A program made the position numbers and the translations under genes. A DNA stretch of 57,232 bases, counting the filler, from Platydemus manokwari (Eukaryota), in assembly GCA_037951405.1 (NCBI GenBank). It is 4 parts of 4 records of this genome, joined end to end, with 100 filler letters (N's around TTAATTAATTAA, not from the genome) between each part and the next. Parts side by side here need not be neighbours in the genome. Positions count along the whole stretch, not along the records: positions 39,387 to 57,232 come from JBBMOY010733315.1; 3 more parts are not named here. One strand, 5' to 3'. Numbering within the stretch: position 1 is the stretch's first letter; every line of letters begins with the position of its first letter. Below, one piece after another: positions 40,552 through 53,800 of this stretch. The notes beneath the pieces are model-generated. The model was not told the DNA's origin. It saw only the letters and a program-made list of their open reading frames with translations, and ran no database searches.

Positions 40552-40822
40552 CAGTGTTCTTTAACAGGGGGAGTGCGACCCACTTATATTAAGACAAAAT
40601 ATCGATCGAGTTTTAAAGATCTGAAATTATCACTGAGACCAGCCATCACCGAAATAGAGACAAGATTTGATGTTTTATCCCAGAATTATTTTTATTGTTA
40701 AATATATTATAATTTTTTGGTGTTAAAAATATGCTTTATTATTTTTATTTTAGTTCCTAGGGGTGGCAAACAAATTTTGACTCATAAGGTGGATCGCAAC
40801 AGAAAAAGTATGAATATCACTG
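40552..40822 (+). mobile_element. Non-autonomous hAT (Buster/Charlie-type) element, 271 bp, 8-bp TSD TTTTAAAA
   Basis: CAGTG...CACTG termini; perfect TTTTAAAA at 40544-40551 and 40823-40830 (central TA); internal peptide TYIKTKYRSSFKDLKLSLRPAITEIETRFDVL resembles the hAT C-terminal dimerisation tail (IKTKYRSRL..LR.A...I.PRF). Confidence 0.85.
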
Positions 40823-43800
40823 TTTTAAAACATATAAATTTGTAATATGAAGCCTTGTAAAAACATCGATTTATTTTAAACTTGACACCTGTAGAATGGA
40901 AGATAATATTCACAAGGTTTAATATACAAAAAGAAAATTAATTTTAACATAGTATTTACAATGAAATTTGTCTGTGTTCAGATAATATATTAACGGTTAT
41001 ATTAGGTCTTCTGATGATGATTCAGAAATCAGAGTATTTATCAATAATAAATTGCCGCTAATACTTAAATCAACAAGGTTATAAATTTGGTTTTAATTAG
41101 ATCGTCGTTGATTTGTCAATACCGAAAGTCTGACGCTTAGTAGTTAATTAAGTTGTGTTTATCTATTTATTCATGAGGCAGATGTCAATAAGAACGAATC
41201 AAATAACTTCGTTATTCATACAATATTGCAAAACCACAATGTAAGATGACTTTGAAATCTTGGTAGTTGTCTTTATCTAATAACATATTGCTTGCAAAAT
41301 TTTCTGTGAGAACAAACTGACACTAAAATATTAAGATATAAAGAGAGATAGAATCAGGAAGAGTAAACATTCCTCTTTCTTGAAATTTTCCAAAAATTTA
41401 TTTTTATAATTATAGGCTTTCTACACCACCATGACAACATGCTCGATTTTAATAGACATTTTTAATGCATTGTCTTTATTTGTCTGTGCTGATGAAGAAA
41501 GTCGAGATAAAAATGTCCACAAAAGAATAGTACATCACAGAACATAAAATAGCTCAATAATATAAATAGGAGGAATCTTTAGTAAATACCGTACCATGTC
41601 TCTGGGAAAACTCAATAAATTTTAGACATCTATGTCAATGAAGAATATTCCATAGAATTTATGTATCATACTCTTCATTACTATAAGGAAAAATTCAGTG
41701 AAATTAAACGATTGTCTCATAATCGAATTTAAAGAAAAAAACATTTGAAAATAATATATAAATCAATAAATAAAAAAAATTAAAAAAATAAAGTTCAATA
41801 CTCATTTGCGAAATTATTCTCAAACATTTACAACAAGAAACTACGATTGCCAATTCTGTCAGATTTTGACATGGTGAATGTTATTCGTTGATCAGATTTT
41901 CATCAGTTCGTTTCATTGAAACTGGTCGAATTATAATTATATTCTATGAGAGATTATCTGAATATTTTTACATTAATTATTTCCCCATATATCGATTTTA
42001 TGCTAGACAAGAGCAAATAAAGACAATATTTTCAAAGTGTCTTCAAAAACAATATGTTTTATACAAATTACAATTGACTTTATCGCATGAATTTTTCATC
42101 AGCTTTGCTTTGATATTTCATTCCTTATTTTAAGCTTCTCTACTAAGTCAGACTACTTAAACGTCATAAAGTTACGATGTGATGAGAGAGGTTAGTCATG
42201 CGCTAATGATATTATTTTTATTTATAGAGTTATAATTCTTTTCAAAAATTGTTTCAAATATTTGCCATTTTTTTCCCTTTAAGTATTTGTTTGAATGTAT
42301 TCGGTTATGATTGGTTATTTTTTTTGTAAATTTTTGTAAATAATTTGATATTAATAAATTAATTTAAAACAATGCTGAAAAAGACTGTGCTGATCTCTGC
42401 CACAATAATTATTTCACAAAACATGTCCGATATGTCTTAATCATTGTTGTACCTTGCGGTGATAACCAGAATGCAGAGAGCCATTCGAATTTTGTAAGAT
42501 TTTTAGCGAAAGGCTCCCACCTATCATTGAATTGTTCCTTATTTCTTTTATTATAATGTAATGTATATTGTATCATATCGCACGAAAGTTAGCACCGAAG
42601 CTGTACGTGTACGATGTATAGTTGAGACAACTAGAAGTAAATTCTTGGCGGGAGAACCCAAATTTGTTTCGGATCAAAGTAGAAATTACCTTTAATAAAT
42701 TTTGAGTGAATATTGTCAGAGTGATTTAACCCTTCAATATAATATATAACTAAATTATAACCAGAACTTACCTAATGATCTGACTTTATGGGAAGTCTAA
42801 ATCGAAAGCGTAGGCATACAATAACATAAAGCAGTATTACAAATTTAGAAATATAAGGATAAGTAATTGTTCACATAAAAGTAAAAGTAATTAAGATCGA
42901 TGTAATTATTTCGGTTTGCTGATTCGTCATTATATTAACTGAAATTGATTCATTGAAGATGTTTGAAAGCTTGGTTTTGGATCAAGTATATGATTAAAAT
43001 TATAAATATATTTGATTTTTTTCATTTTATTTGGCTCTAAAAGTTGTCAACAGTATGTATGAAGACTAGACTAAAAGTTTAAATGTTATTTAATTAGGTT
43101 TAATTCACTGACATTTATTTTTAAAAATGTTTTACTGTTCCAAACACAATAAACGTGTATTATGTGGTGTGCTGGTAATTTACAAATAAGAACTCCAAGA
43201 TTTATTTCAATAATCTATTTTTAATGAAGAATGAATATGACGAACTCAAAACAATATAAAAGTAATGCTAAAATTAGCAGTGCAACAAATGCGTCGCTAC
43301 GAAACGAGATGAGTATAGAGAGACTAAGTTATTGAAACATGCAATAAATATACTTCTGTTTATTCTAGATTTCGCAAAAGATAAAATAGCAGTTTCTTAA
43401 CGCAATATACGTATAGGATTACTACTATGGCTTCCCAGCTCAAAAATATTACGCTTGTTTCAACAATATCCTCTCTTTAATTATATCTAAAAGTAAAATC
43501 TTTCACAAATAAAATTCCTTGGATAATATACTTGACAACAAATTTCAAATGCAGGTTTTTATTGTGAGGGTTTAATTCTGATTGTTATTCCCATATGTAA
43601 TGTCATTTTAATATATTGTAATGGATTCCACCATATTTACTTCGCTAAGATTTCATCAATTTATGTGAGTTTATCATATTCATTATATTAATTAATTTTA
43701 TAATAATAATAATAATAATAATAATTATTATTATTATAATTATTACTATTATTATTACTATTATTTTATTTTATTATTTTCGACTTACTACTATTTTTAT

Positions 43801-45314
43801 ACTAATTATTATTATTTTATGTTTAAGTAATTTACAACTTTTATGATAAGATATGTTTATAATAATACAAAATTTATAGTTCTCAATGATTTTTTGCACA
43901 TTTATATAATAATAATAATACTCACGATTTATTATTTTATTATTTTGTCTATCACATAAATTTCACAATAAAACATAACAGAGTAATATCAATTATTTTA
44001 CCAAATCATAATTACAAGCTCAAATTTTTATCTTAAATATTAAATAGATAGATGTACTGAATAAAAATACAGTGTTCGATGTTATAATAAGACCATGGAG
44101 TAAAGATAAAAATATTTTTGGCATTCACAAAGATATTGAAAATGTTTATTTGATCGGCTTAAGATTGAATTATGATGTGGTTTCCATTCAGTATTAGCTG
44201 ATCTTTTCAAGATTATCTTAAGATGTTGGATGGAATGTAATTTTGGAATAGTTTAAGGCTATCTAGTTCAATAAATAACAATAAATGCAAAACAATCAAT
44301 GTGGTGAGCAAATTAATAATAAAAGTTAATTTGACCAATTCTCGAAATTTAGTGCAGATAAATTGATTTCATTTCAATGATGAGATTTTAAAAGTTATGT
44401 CAAACAATTTTAAATGATCGATTTAAATACAAAATATATTTGATTTGATATAAGTTGATTTGATTGGTCGATTTAACTTGATTGACTATTTCGATAAAAT
44501 TGATGTTTCGGGTTGGGCTCCTTAAATTCAAGTTCACTTCATAACAAACAAAATAGCAGCAGCTACATGAATTGAAACTGTTCTCGATTGATTATTTCTT
44601 CAAATTTCTAGGCACTTGAATCTCCAAAATTCAGTTTATAATTATAAACAATTATTATTAAATATTTGAGAGAAATAAAACCAAATTCAAAATTTTATTT
44701 TCGATACAAGCGATGAAACAGAGATATTCTTCAAATTAAATTTTCCATTAAGCCTTGATAAATCAATCAGGGAAAACATATAAGCGGAAATTCATTATGA
44801 ATTCAAGAATGACAAATGATAACCATTTCTGGTCAAATCACCACCGACACTGTATATGAAACGGTTTTTCGAAAACAAAAAATTAAAACCGATAAATTAA
44901 CGTATCGAGTTGCATTCATAAACAAATCGCTCGTATTGTTCGTGATATAAATAAATGATTTCTGTAATCCGTTTAACCATCAAAATATTTTCTGAATTAT
45001 TTTTTCTATCAAATGCTATAATTAAAATCTATATTTTAATTAAAATTTTGGTGAAAATCTTTTCACTCAATGCTTAATGATGTAATTTGTTGGAATAATT
45101 ATGCTTTTCATTTAGATTGACTTATTATTCCAACGATTATTCCCTTCAATGATAAGGGTGACTAGATAAATCCATGAAGTACAATCGACACAATGTGAAT
45201 ATGTTATTTACGAGATGATTTTTTTTTCAAATAAAATGTTTTAATAATCATTCGATATTTAATTCTTATTTTTAAAATTTTTATTAATTTAATTTAGTTT
45301 TTCAATCATCTGAT

Positions 45315-45858
45315 TGTTGGTTATCAACAACAATTTGAATTTACAAATCTGTATTAACCAAAATAATACATTCAAAGTCTCAATAATAACAACAACAAAT
45401 CTTTACACAATTCACAAAGAAAATGATTCAAGATGGGACAGCGCCCGAAAGTTTAAAACAGAATGAAGAGTAATCAAAAGACTGATTACTGAAATCAGAC
45501 ATTAGAGAAGCATTAAAATTACCGACTTAAAAAGACTGACAAGAATTCATGGAATTCAATCTCTTTTATAAACCCATCGGGTGTGCCTGCTTGATGGCAC
45601 GGATCTTCGTTTTCAATTCGCTGAATTTATTTGTAGATCGATGTACTTGAGATTTTCCTTATATCTCTGATGTCATTGCTTGCTATCGTTTGTAGGCATG
45701 TGTCTGACTTTTCTTAATTTCTTGGATATGGATTGACATTAGAACGAATCTGATTGGTTAATAGCACGTGTGTTTATTGGGCTTGTGTGTATTGACCCTT
45801 TTTAGGGTTTTCCTTTGGTTCTTCTGACCCTTTTGATTTATTTGTGATATACCTAACA
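45315..45858. mobile_element. Solo LTR, 544 bp, same family as 37878-38405
   Basis: Starts TGTTGG, ends CTAACA; flanks TGAT/TTAT (4-bp TSD with one mismatch); long shared blocks such as CAGAATGAA.AGTAATCAAAAGACTGATTACT and ACATTAGAACGAATCTGATTGGTT. Confidence 0.8.
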
Positions 45859-47109
45859 TTATTTGTGTTGTTGAGTCCTAAAGATTCTTAGTGAAATAAA
45901 AATAGAGAAAAATATTTTAAAAATGTCTAAAATTAACAATCAATGAAGAAAATGAGACACTCAGTAATAAAAAATTAATACGAATAATCCAGTCTGTACA
46001 AAGATAACTGCACTCATGATAACAAAATAAAAATTCATTTTAGTTTTCTAAAATATTGAATCTGTATTAGTTATTATGATATTTTGCTTGATCCATGAAA
46101 AATCTATACTCATTCTTTCAAAGAAATGATTTCCACTAGATATAGTGCACTCGCGACCAGTTTTTTCAATTCTAGAAACACTTTTTAAAGTCGATTTACA
46201 GAATGGCCCTCAATATCTTCATCGATTTTACTTTTGTTTCTTCAATCGGAAGGTTTTTTTAGTTTATCGAATGATGTTGAGTGAGATGAAATTCTGCAAA
46301 AAGGATTCTGCACCTTGGAATCCTTGTTTTGGCACTTTGAACATTTGTATGCCTACATAGCCATACAAGCATAGCAATCAGCCAATCACAGTGGAGTTAG
46401 ATGGTGAATTAACATTGGCAAAAGGGGTATAGCTACACTAAGCACACATATAGAGATTGACCAATCCCATTAATGTAAAAAATTAAAAACCCAATAAGAA
46501 CACAGAAAAACAAATATGAAATCAATATGTAATACAACATGACACAAAAAATTCACACAGATCACGAGTATAAAAATCGATGTATAGGTGGACAACTGCC
46601 AATTGAAAGCCAAGTTTGGGTTAAGGTTTTGAAGTTAGTGTATTAATTAATACACCTTGTATTAAAATCAGTTGTTTATTATTCATAAATAACCAACAAA
46701 AACCAGAAGGCAAATACAATGGTTATGAAGCTATCCGAATTAAATTTTTTGTGAAAATCTCTAGAAACACTCAACTAGTGGGAGATGACGCATTATCGTA
46801 GAGCAAAAACTAAGAATTATCATCCAATAAACCTATCGTCTCGAGATGAATATTTTTACTAAAAAGACGCATAGCACCAAAATAATATTCTTTGTTAAGA
46901 AATTTGATCCAGTGGAAGAAATTCATTATGTATAACAATGCGATAATCGAAGAAAACTGCTTATACGAGCTGGATTTTTGAACGACTTTGTCATGATGTT
47001 TTCAGTCTCGATTCATTTTTTGCACGACATTCACACGATTGGTAAATTGTTACGGAATTTTAGCCATGTATGCAAGAATTATCTCCTGAAATGATGGGTT
47101 TCCTGATTC

Positions 47110-47230
47110 CCAAGTTGTTAGAAATCATTAACACGATGTGCATTTTCCAAAGCCACAACTGAATGTGTCGGTACCCAATGAAATTTGATAAATTTAAAGC
47201 ACAAAACATCTTTTAAAGTTATCTTGACTG
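47110..47230 (-). mobile_element. Possible decayed RNase H fragment (LINE-like)
   Basis: Minus-strand IKFHWVPTHSVVALENAHR resembles the F.WVP.H.G..GNE.AD motif; short and degenerate. Confidence 0.3.
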
Positions 47231-47654
47231 ATTATGAGTAGCATTACGATATCATTGAATAGTCTACCGAAAAATCTTAAAAGTTTAACCAGAAAATCAC
47301 AACGTAAGAGCACAAAAGAAAAGATCAAAAATAACTAAACATGAAATAAATTAGAGGAAATCATTTACATAATTTTAACAAATAAATAAACAATTGTCGC
47401 CCAGTAGATTTTACCGATATGGTCAACTTTCTTGAGATCCACAATGGAGTCTTGAATTACTTTTTACCTTGACCCAGTTTTTGTTTTTATTTATGTTCTG
47501 AAATAAACATGAACTGTCTGAATTTTGATTGTCATGTTTCTCGATAGCGTAGTAATATGCATGTACACTTGTTATATTTTTTCCCCCCCCATTTTAGAAT
47601 AAAAAAAGGTTTATTTATGTATATTCCATGTCTTATCTAATACAAACGATATAT

Positions 47655-47736
47655 TATTATCATTATTATTATGATTATGATTATGATTATTATGATTATG
47701 ATTATGATTATGATTATGATTATTAATATTATTATT
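47655..47736. repeat. (ATT)/(ATTATG)n microsatellite at contig end
   Basis: Directly visible; gives poly-I and IM ORF artefacts. Confidence 0.9.
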
Positions 47737-47889
47737 NNNNNNNNNNNNNNNNNNNNNNNNNNNNNNNNNNNNNNNNNNNNNNNNNNNNNNNNNNNNNNNN
47801 NNNNNNNNNNNNNNNNNNNNNNNNNNNNNNNNNNNNNNNNNNNNNNNNNNNNNNNNNNNNNNNNNNNNNNNNNNNNNNNNNNNNNNTAG

Positions 47890-50800
47890 CTGATGTTGAA
47901 TTCCGTACCCAACTTATCGATACAAAAGGACTGGAGGGTAAAAGGAAAGAGTTGACTTGCACAGTATATAATCCTAAAAATTACCCAATTGAATGGTATA
48001 AAGATGGAGAGCGTATAAAAGAAAATTCTAAAATAGAAATGACCCAAGTTGATGATCAAATATTTTTGATATTCAAGGAATTAGAATTAGATGATGAAGC
48101 TATTTATATGTGTAAAATTGGAGCTCATAGCACAAAAGGTGAATTGCAAGTTGATGAATGCGAAAAACCACCAAAAGTTAATACCGATAATTTACCAAAA
48201 TATTGTGCATTGAAGAAAGGTGAAATGTTTCGATGCGCAATACCTTTTACTGGTTAGAATCTTCCAATCATTCATCAATTTTTTAAATGTCCAATTTAAA
48301 ATTCAAGGTTTTCCAATTCCGCAGGTGGCTTTGCTTTTAGATGGTCAACCTGTGCCGGATAACGTTCAACTCAAAGCTATACCGCATCTTAAACAAGTGG
48401 AACTCATTCTAGAAGACGCAAAACGAACTGATTCCGGAAAATATTCTTTACTTTTCAAAAATAATGCTGGAGAAGTAACAGTTCCAATAGAATTTAATGT
48501 GATGGGTAAATGATATTATTATATAATAATGATTATAAATAATGATATTTCTGTTTTTAGATCGACCTGGGACGCCTCGAGGACCTCTTGATGTTGTTGG
48601 ATTAGAACATGATCGTTGTTCTCTTATATGGGATGAACCAGATGATGATGGTGGTTGCCCAATAAAACATTATATAGTGGAAAAGATGGATCTTAAAGAT
48701 GGACAGTGGAAAGAAGTCAAAAAAGTTACAAAACCAGAATGTGATGTTCCTGATTTGATTGAGGGTAACAAATACAAATTCCGAGTGCGAGCAGTTAATG
48801 ATCAAGGTGAAAGTGACAATCTCGTTAATGATAAAGAAATTCTTGCTCGTGATCAATTTGATCCACCAGATCCTCCGACTGATTTAAGCTTGAAAGATTG
48901 GAATTCAACCTTTGCGGATTTAGAATGGGTTGCTCCCAGATCTGATAATGGGTCACCAATTTTAAAATATGTTATCCAATCGAAACAAGGGAAATCACCT
49001 AATTGGACAAATGTCAAGGAAGTGAAAAACACTGAACGATCGGCCAAAGTGGAAAATCTGACTCCTAATTCCGAATATCAGTTCAGAGTCATTGCCGTCA
49101 ATAAAGCAGGTCCTTCAGAACCAAGCGAAGTAACCAAGCCTATAATTGCTAAGCCTAGATTTTGTAATTAATTTTGAAATAATTATTATATGGCTAATCA
49201 TTTCAATATTTCAGTGAAACCTAGAATCGATAAATCTAGAATAGCACCTATCAAAATAAAAGTTGGTCAACCGGCTACCATAGATCTAAGCTATGTTGGT
49301 GAACCAGATCCAGTGGCTAGCTGGACCTCAAAAGACAAAGTAATTCAGATTTTAATTACTGTTAATTTTTTTATATGGTTTTAAGGTGGTGGAACCTAAT
49401 GAAAATATTATGATAACATACCAAGAGAGATCCACTAAAATAGATTTTAGTAACACACAAAGAAAACATACGGCCATGTACAAATTGACGGTGAAAAATG
49501 AGGTAGGAGAAGATTCGGCGGAGGTAGAACTAGTTGTCCTTGGTAAACCATCTGCTCCCCAAGGTCCTTTGGAAATCAGTGAAGTTACAAAGAATACTGC
49601 AAAATTATCGTGGAGCAAACCTCTTGATGATGGAGGTGCAGAAATTGCGTAAGTATTATGCTACAATAAATAATTTCTGACAAAATTGTATCAACTACAG
49701 CAATTATATTGTGGAAAAAATGGATCTGAAAAAAGGTAGATGGGAAAAGGTGTCAGATATCGTGAAAGGAACAAGTTTCGTCGTACCAAAACTAGAAGAG
49801 GGACATCAGTATAAATTCAGAGTTTCTGCAGAGACACCTTTAGGTGTGAGCGAACCATTAGAGGCCGAACAACCCACTTTAGCTAAGAATCCATTTGGTA
49901 ATCAATGATTTCAGCAAAATTTTTTGAAAATTTAAAAATTAAGATGAGCCAGGAGCACCTGACAAACCAGAAATAGTCGATCATGACAATAACATGATAG
50001 AAATTAAATGGAATCCTCCTAAAAGTGACGGAGGAGCTCCAATTCAAGGATATATCGTCGAAAGAAAGGAACCAAAATCAAACCGATGGGTAAAAGTCAA
50101 CCAAAAACCAGTTTTAGACACTTCATTCAAAGATGAAACTGTAAAGACCGGAAAACAATATGAATATCGAGTCAGTGCAGTTAACGAAGCAGGACCAGGC
50201 GAGCCAAGTGCACCAACCGATGTGGCAACTGCAAAACCTAGCAAGGGTATGTGAAATCATAGTATTTACTTATTTATATTGATCTGTCATTTAGAGGCTC
50301 CTAAATTTGATTTGAGCAGCTTGGGCTTAGGTCCTAATAATGAAATTCGACTGAAAGCGGGAGATAAATTAAATCTACCAATTAAAATTACCGGGGCTCC
50401 AAAGCCAACGTGCGAATGGTCAAAAAATGGACTGACTTTACCAGACAATGCTAAAATAACAGACAAGGAAGAATTAACAGGAATAGAAATTCCTTCCGTC
50501 AAAAGAGATGATAGTGGTGTATACAAAATCAAATTATCCAATCAATATGGTCAAGATGAAGCAGAAATTAAAGTGATCGTTATGGATAAGCCAGGTCCAC
50601 CAGAAAATCCCAAAGTAACCGACATTTTCAGTGATTCTTGTAAAGTTTCTTGGAATCCTCCAAAAGATAATGGAGCATGTGAAATAACCGGTATGAATTT
50701 TCATCAGTTTTTAGCAATCTCAATTTGTAACTCACCAAATTAATAGACTACATTGTGGAGAAATGTGAAGAAGGCTCAACATACTGGCAGAAGGTGCCTG

Positions 50801-53800
50801 GATTCATTAAAGATGACAGTGTAGTTGTAAAAAATTTAGAGAAAGACAAGAAATATACATTTCGCGTTAGTGCTGTTAATAAAATGGGAACTGGGAAACC
50901 AGCACAAACTGATTTGATTACAGCAAAAAATCCATTTGGTAAGTTTATTCGATCCAAAGATTCTTAGGTAGGAATATAAAATTTTTGGAATTTTAGATGC
51001 ACCAGACCAACCAGATGATGTAAAAATAACTCAATTTGACAAAATGTCTGTAACATTAGCTTGGAAACCACCAGTATCCGATGGAGGAAATCCTATTAAA
51101 GGTATGTGAAGAGTTTCTAGAGTATATCTGTTCGCGTATATGAAATATAACTCATAAAGTTAAATTTTTTTCATTTAGGTTATCAAATTGAAAAGAAAAT
51201 AGCTGGTGGAGATTGGCAAAAAGCTAGTCCAACATTAGCTCCTGGAACAACGCAAACGGTTATGAATCTTATTGAAGGCAAGCAATATGAATTCCGTGTT
51301 AAAGCGGTGAATGATGCAGGTCCTGGAGAACCGTCAAAAGCCACAAAGCCACACACGGTTCAAGATCCAATTTGTTTGTTTATATTATCAGATAATTAAT
51401 ATGATGATTTGAAAATTTCAATGCAGATCCTCCTGACTCGCCTGCAACTCCCAATGTTGACAAAATAACAAAAAATAGCATCAAATTGTCATGGAATAAA
51501 CCCAAAAATGATGGAGGAAATAAAATAAAAGAATATGTTGTAGAGAAAAAAAATAAAGACGGTGAATGGGAACCGGTTAAAAAGATACCAGCAAATGGCG
51601 ACCGAACAGTCAATGCCGATGTTCCAGTAACACCAGGTGAAGAAGCACAGTTTAGAGTTGTTGCAGTCAATGATGCTGGACCGAGTGAACCTAGTAAACC
51701 AACTAAGGTAATCACCGCTGAAGATCAGCCAGAAATGCCAAAAATAAATCTATCCGGATTAAAAGATATAACTGTCAAAGCAGGACAAGACATTCAGATT
51801 AAAGTCCCATATACCGGAGGTCATCCTCCACCTACAGCAGTTTGGAAAAAAGATGATGTTCCATTGACCAGTGATGACCGAACACATATCTCAGTTAATC
51901 CAGAAAAACAAGAAGTGATTTTAGCTATTTCTAATGCCAAGCGTCCAGACACTGGAAAGATAACTCTTACATTGAAAAATGATTCTGGACAAGACGTTGG
52001 TAGCTGTGAAGTGAAAGTTTTGGGTATTTTTCTGATACTAATAATCTTGAGTTATCGAATTCGATAAAAATAGATGTTCCCGGATGTCCAGACGGACCAA
52101 TCGAACCAACAGATATCCAAGCTAATTCTATAACCTTAAATTGGAAACCACCGAAAGACAATGGTGGTGAGCCAATAACAAATTATATAGTTGAAAAGAA
52201 GCCAAAGGGATCAGACGTGTAGAATATTATTTTTATTGGAAAAGAAAGAAGTGTAAACTATTTCTTTTATTTCAGATGGCAAAAAGCCGGTAATATGTTC
52301 AATTCTCCGACAGCCAAAATCAGAAATCTAGATGAAGGAACAGAATATGAATTCCGGGTGATGGCAGAAAATGCAATGGGGGTTAGCAAACCCCTATTAA
52401 CAACAGGACCAATCAAAGCTAAACATCCTTTTGGTAGGTTTTGAAAACACAATACTTAACTTTTCTAATCAAAATTACGTAACAGATCCTCCGGGTCCAG
52501 TGGCTCAACCAAATGTTGATGCTGTTACAGAAGATTCTGTTGCCTTGTCATGGGAACCACCTAAAAAAGATGGTGGAAAACCAGTTACTGGGTACATTGT
52601 TGAAAAAAGAGAAAAAGGCGATAAAAGATGGACAAAGTGAAAAATAATTTTGAAATAATTTTCGTTTAAGTGTCAAATTTCAGAGCGAATGTTCTTCCAG
52701 TGTCTGGCAATGATTATACTGTTAAAAATCTACCTACAGGGAAAGAATTTGAATTCAGAGTGATCCCTATAAATGAGGCAGGCCCAGGAGAGCCAAGTAA
52801 TCCAACAGATTTGGTGAAAGTTCAGAAACCAGAAAGTAAGGAATTCTAAGGATTTTCTTCAATCAATGATTAATTCTATCTTCATTAAGCTGCACCGAAG
52901 ATACTTGATCAGTCTCCCAAGCAAATTAAAGCTAATGCAGGGGAAAAATTCCAAATAAAGATTCCTTATTCCGGTGGGTCACCAATTCCAGAAGTTCTAG
53001 TTCAACTAGTAGGATTTTGTATTAAGTGGAAACTAATGAGATATTTACTTGTCGATAGAATGGAAAACCAATTCTACCAGACGAGAACGTTAAAATCGAA
53101 ATAAGACCAGATGAGGTGGTTATTACCAATCTCAATGCTAAGAAAGAAGATCAAGGCAATTACAATATTACTCTAAAAAATCCAAAAGGATCCGACAGTG
53201 TTGGAGTGAAAGTTGTAGTGAATGATAAACCGGATAAACCTGAAGGTCCTCTAGAAGTTTCCGATATCACAGCTGGCGGTTGTAAATTGTCATGGAAACC
53301 TCCTAAAGTAGCATTAATAAAAGGAAATTAATTCATAATCAGGGGAAATTTAGGACAACGGTGGAAGTCCGGTAACAAATTATGTCGTCGAAATGAAAGA
53401 ACCAAGCACAGGAGAATGGAAACCTTTGAGCCGATTTGTGAAAGGAAACGATTTCGAAGTATTTGGATTAGATGAAGGAAAACCATACAGTTTTAGAGTT
53501 AAAGCCGAAAACGAACAAGGTGTCAGTGAGCCTTTAGAAACAGAAAAACCAATTATCGCTCAATCACCATTCAGTAACTAATTATTGGAAAATCTTTATC
53601 TACAACTCTTAAATATTTCTTCAGCTGCTCCAGATTGTCCCACAAATGTTGAACCAGTTGATGTGGATGAAAATTCGGTTACTTTAGAATGGGACAAACC
53701 TCGTAACGATGGAGGCAAGCGAATACAAGGATATCAAGTGGAATATAAACCCGATGGCAGTGATGAATGGATTAAAGCTCCTATTGGATTAATAAAAGGC

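Noticed and set aside
41005-41045. Hammerhead-ribozyme-like CTGATGA..GAAA core
   Set aside because: Stem I cannot form and stem III is marginal.
44068-44854. Tc1-like element bounded by TACAGTGT...ACACTGTA
   Set aside because: Inverted similarity is only ~8-13 bp and there is no internal transposase trace.
47637-48059. Poly-Ile/Met ORFs (also 21495-21713 and 36868-37089)
   Set aside because: Microsatellite, low-complexity or N-gap translation artefacts.
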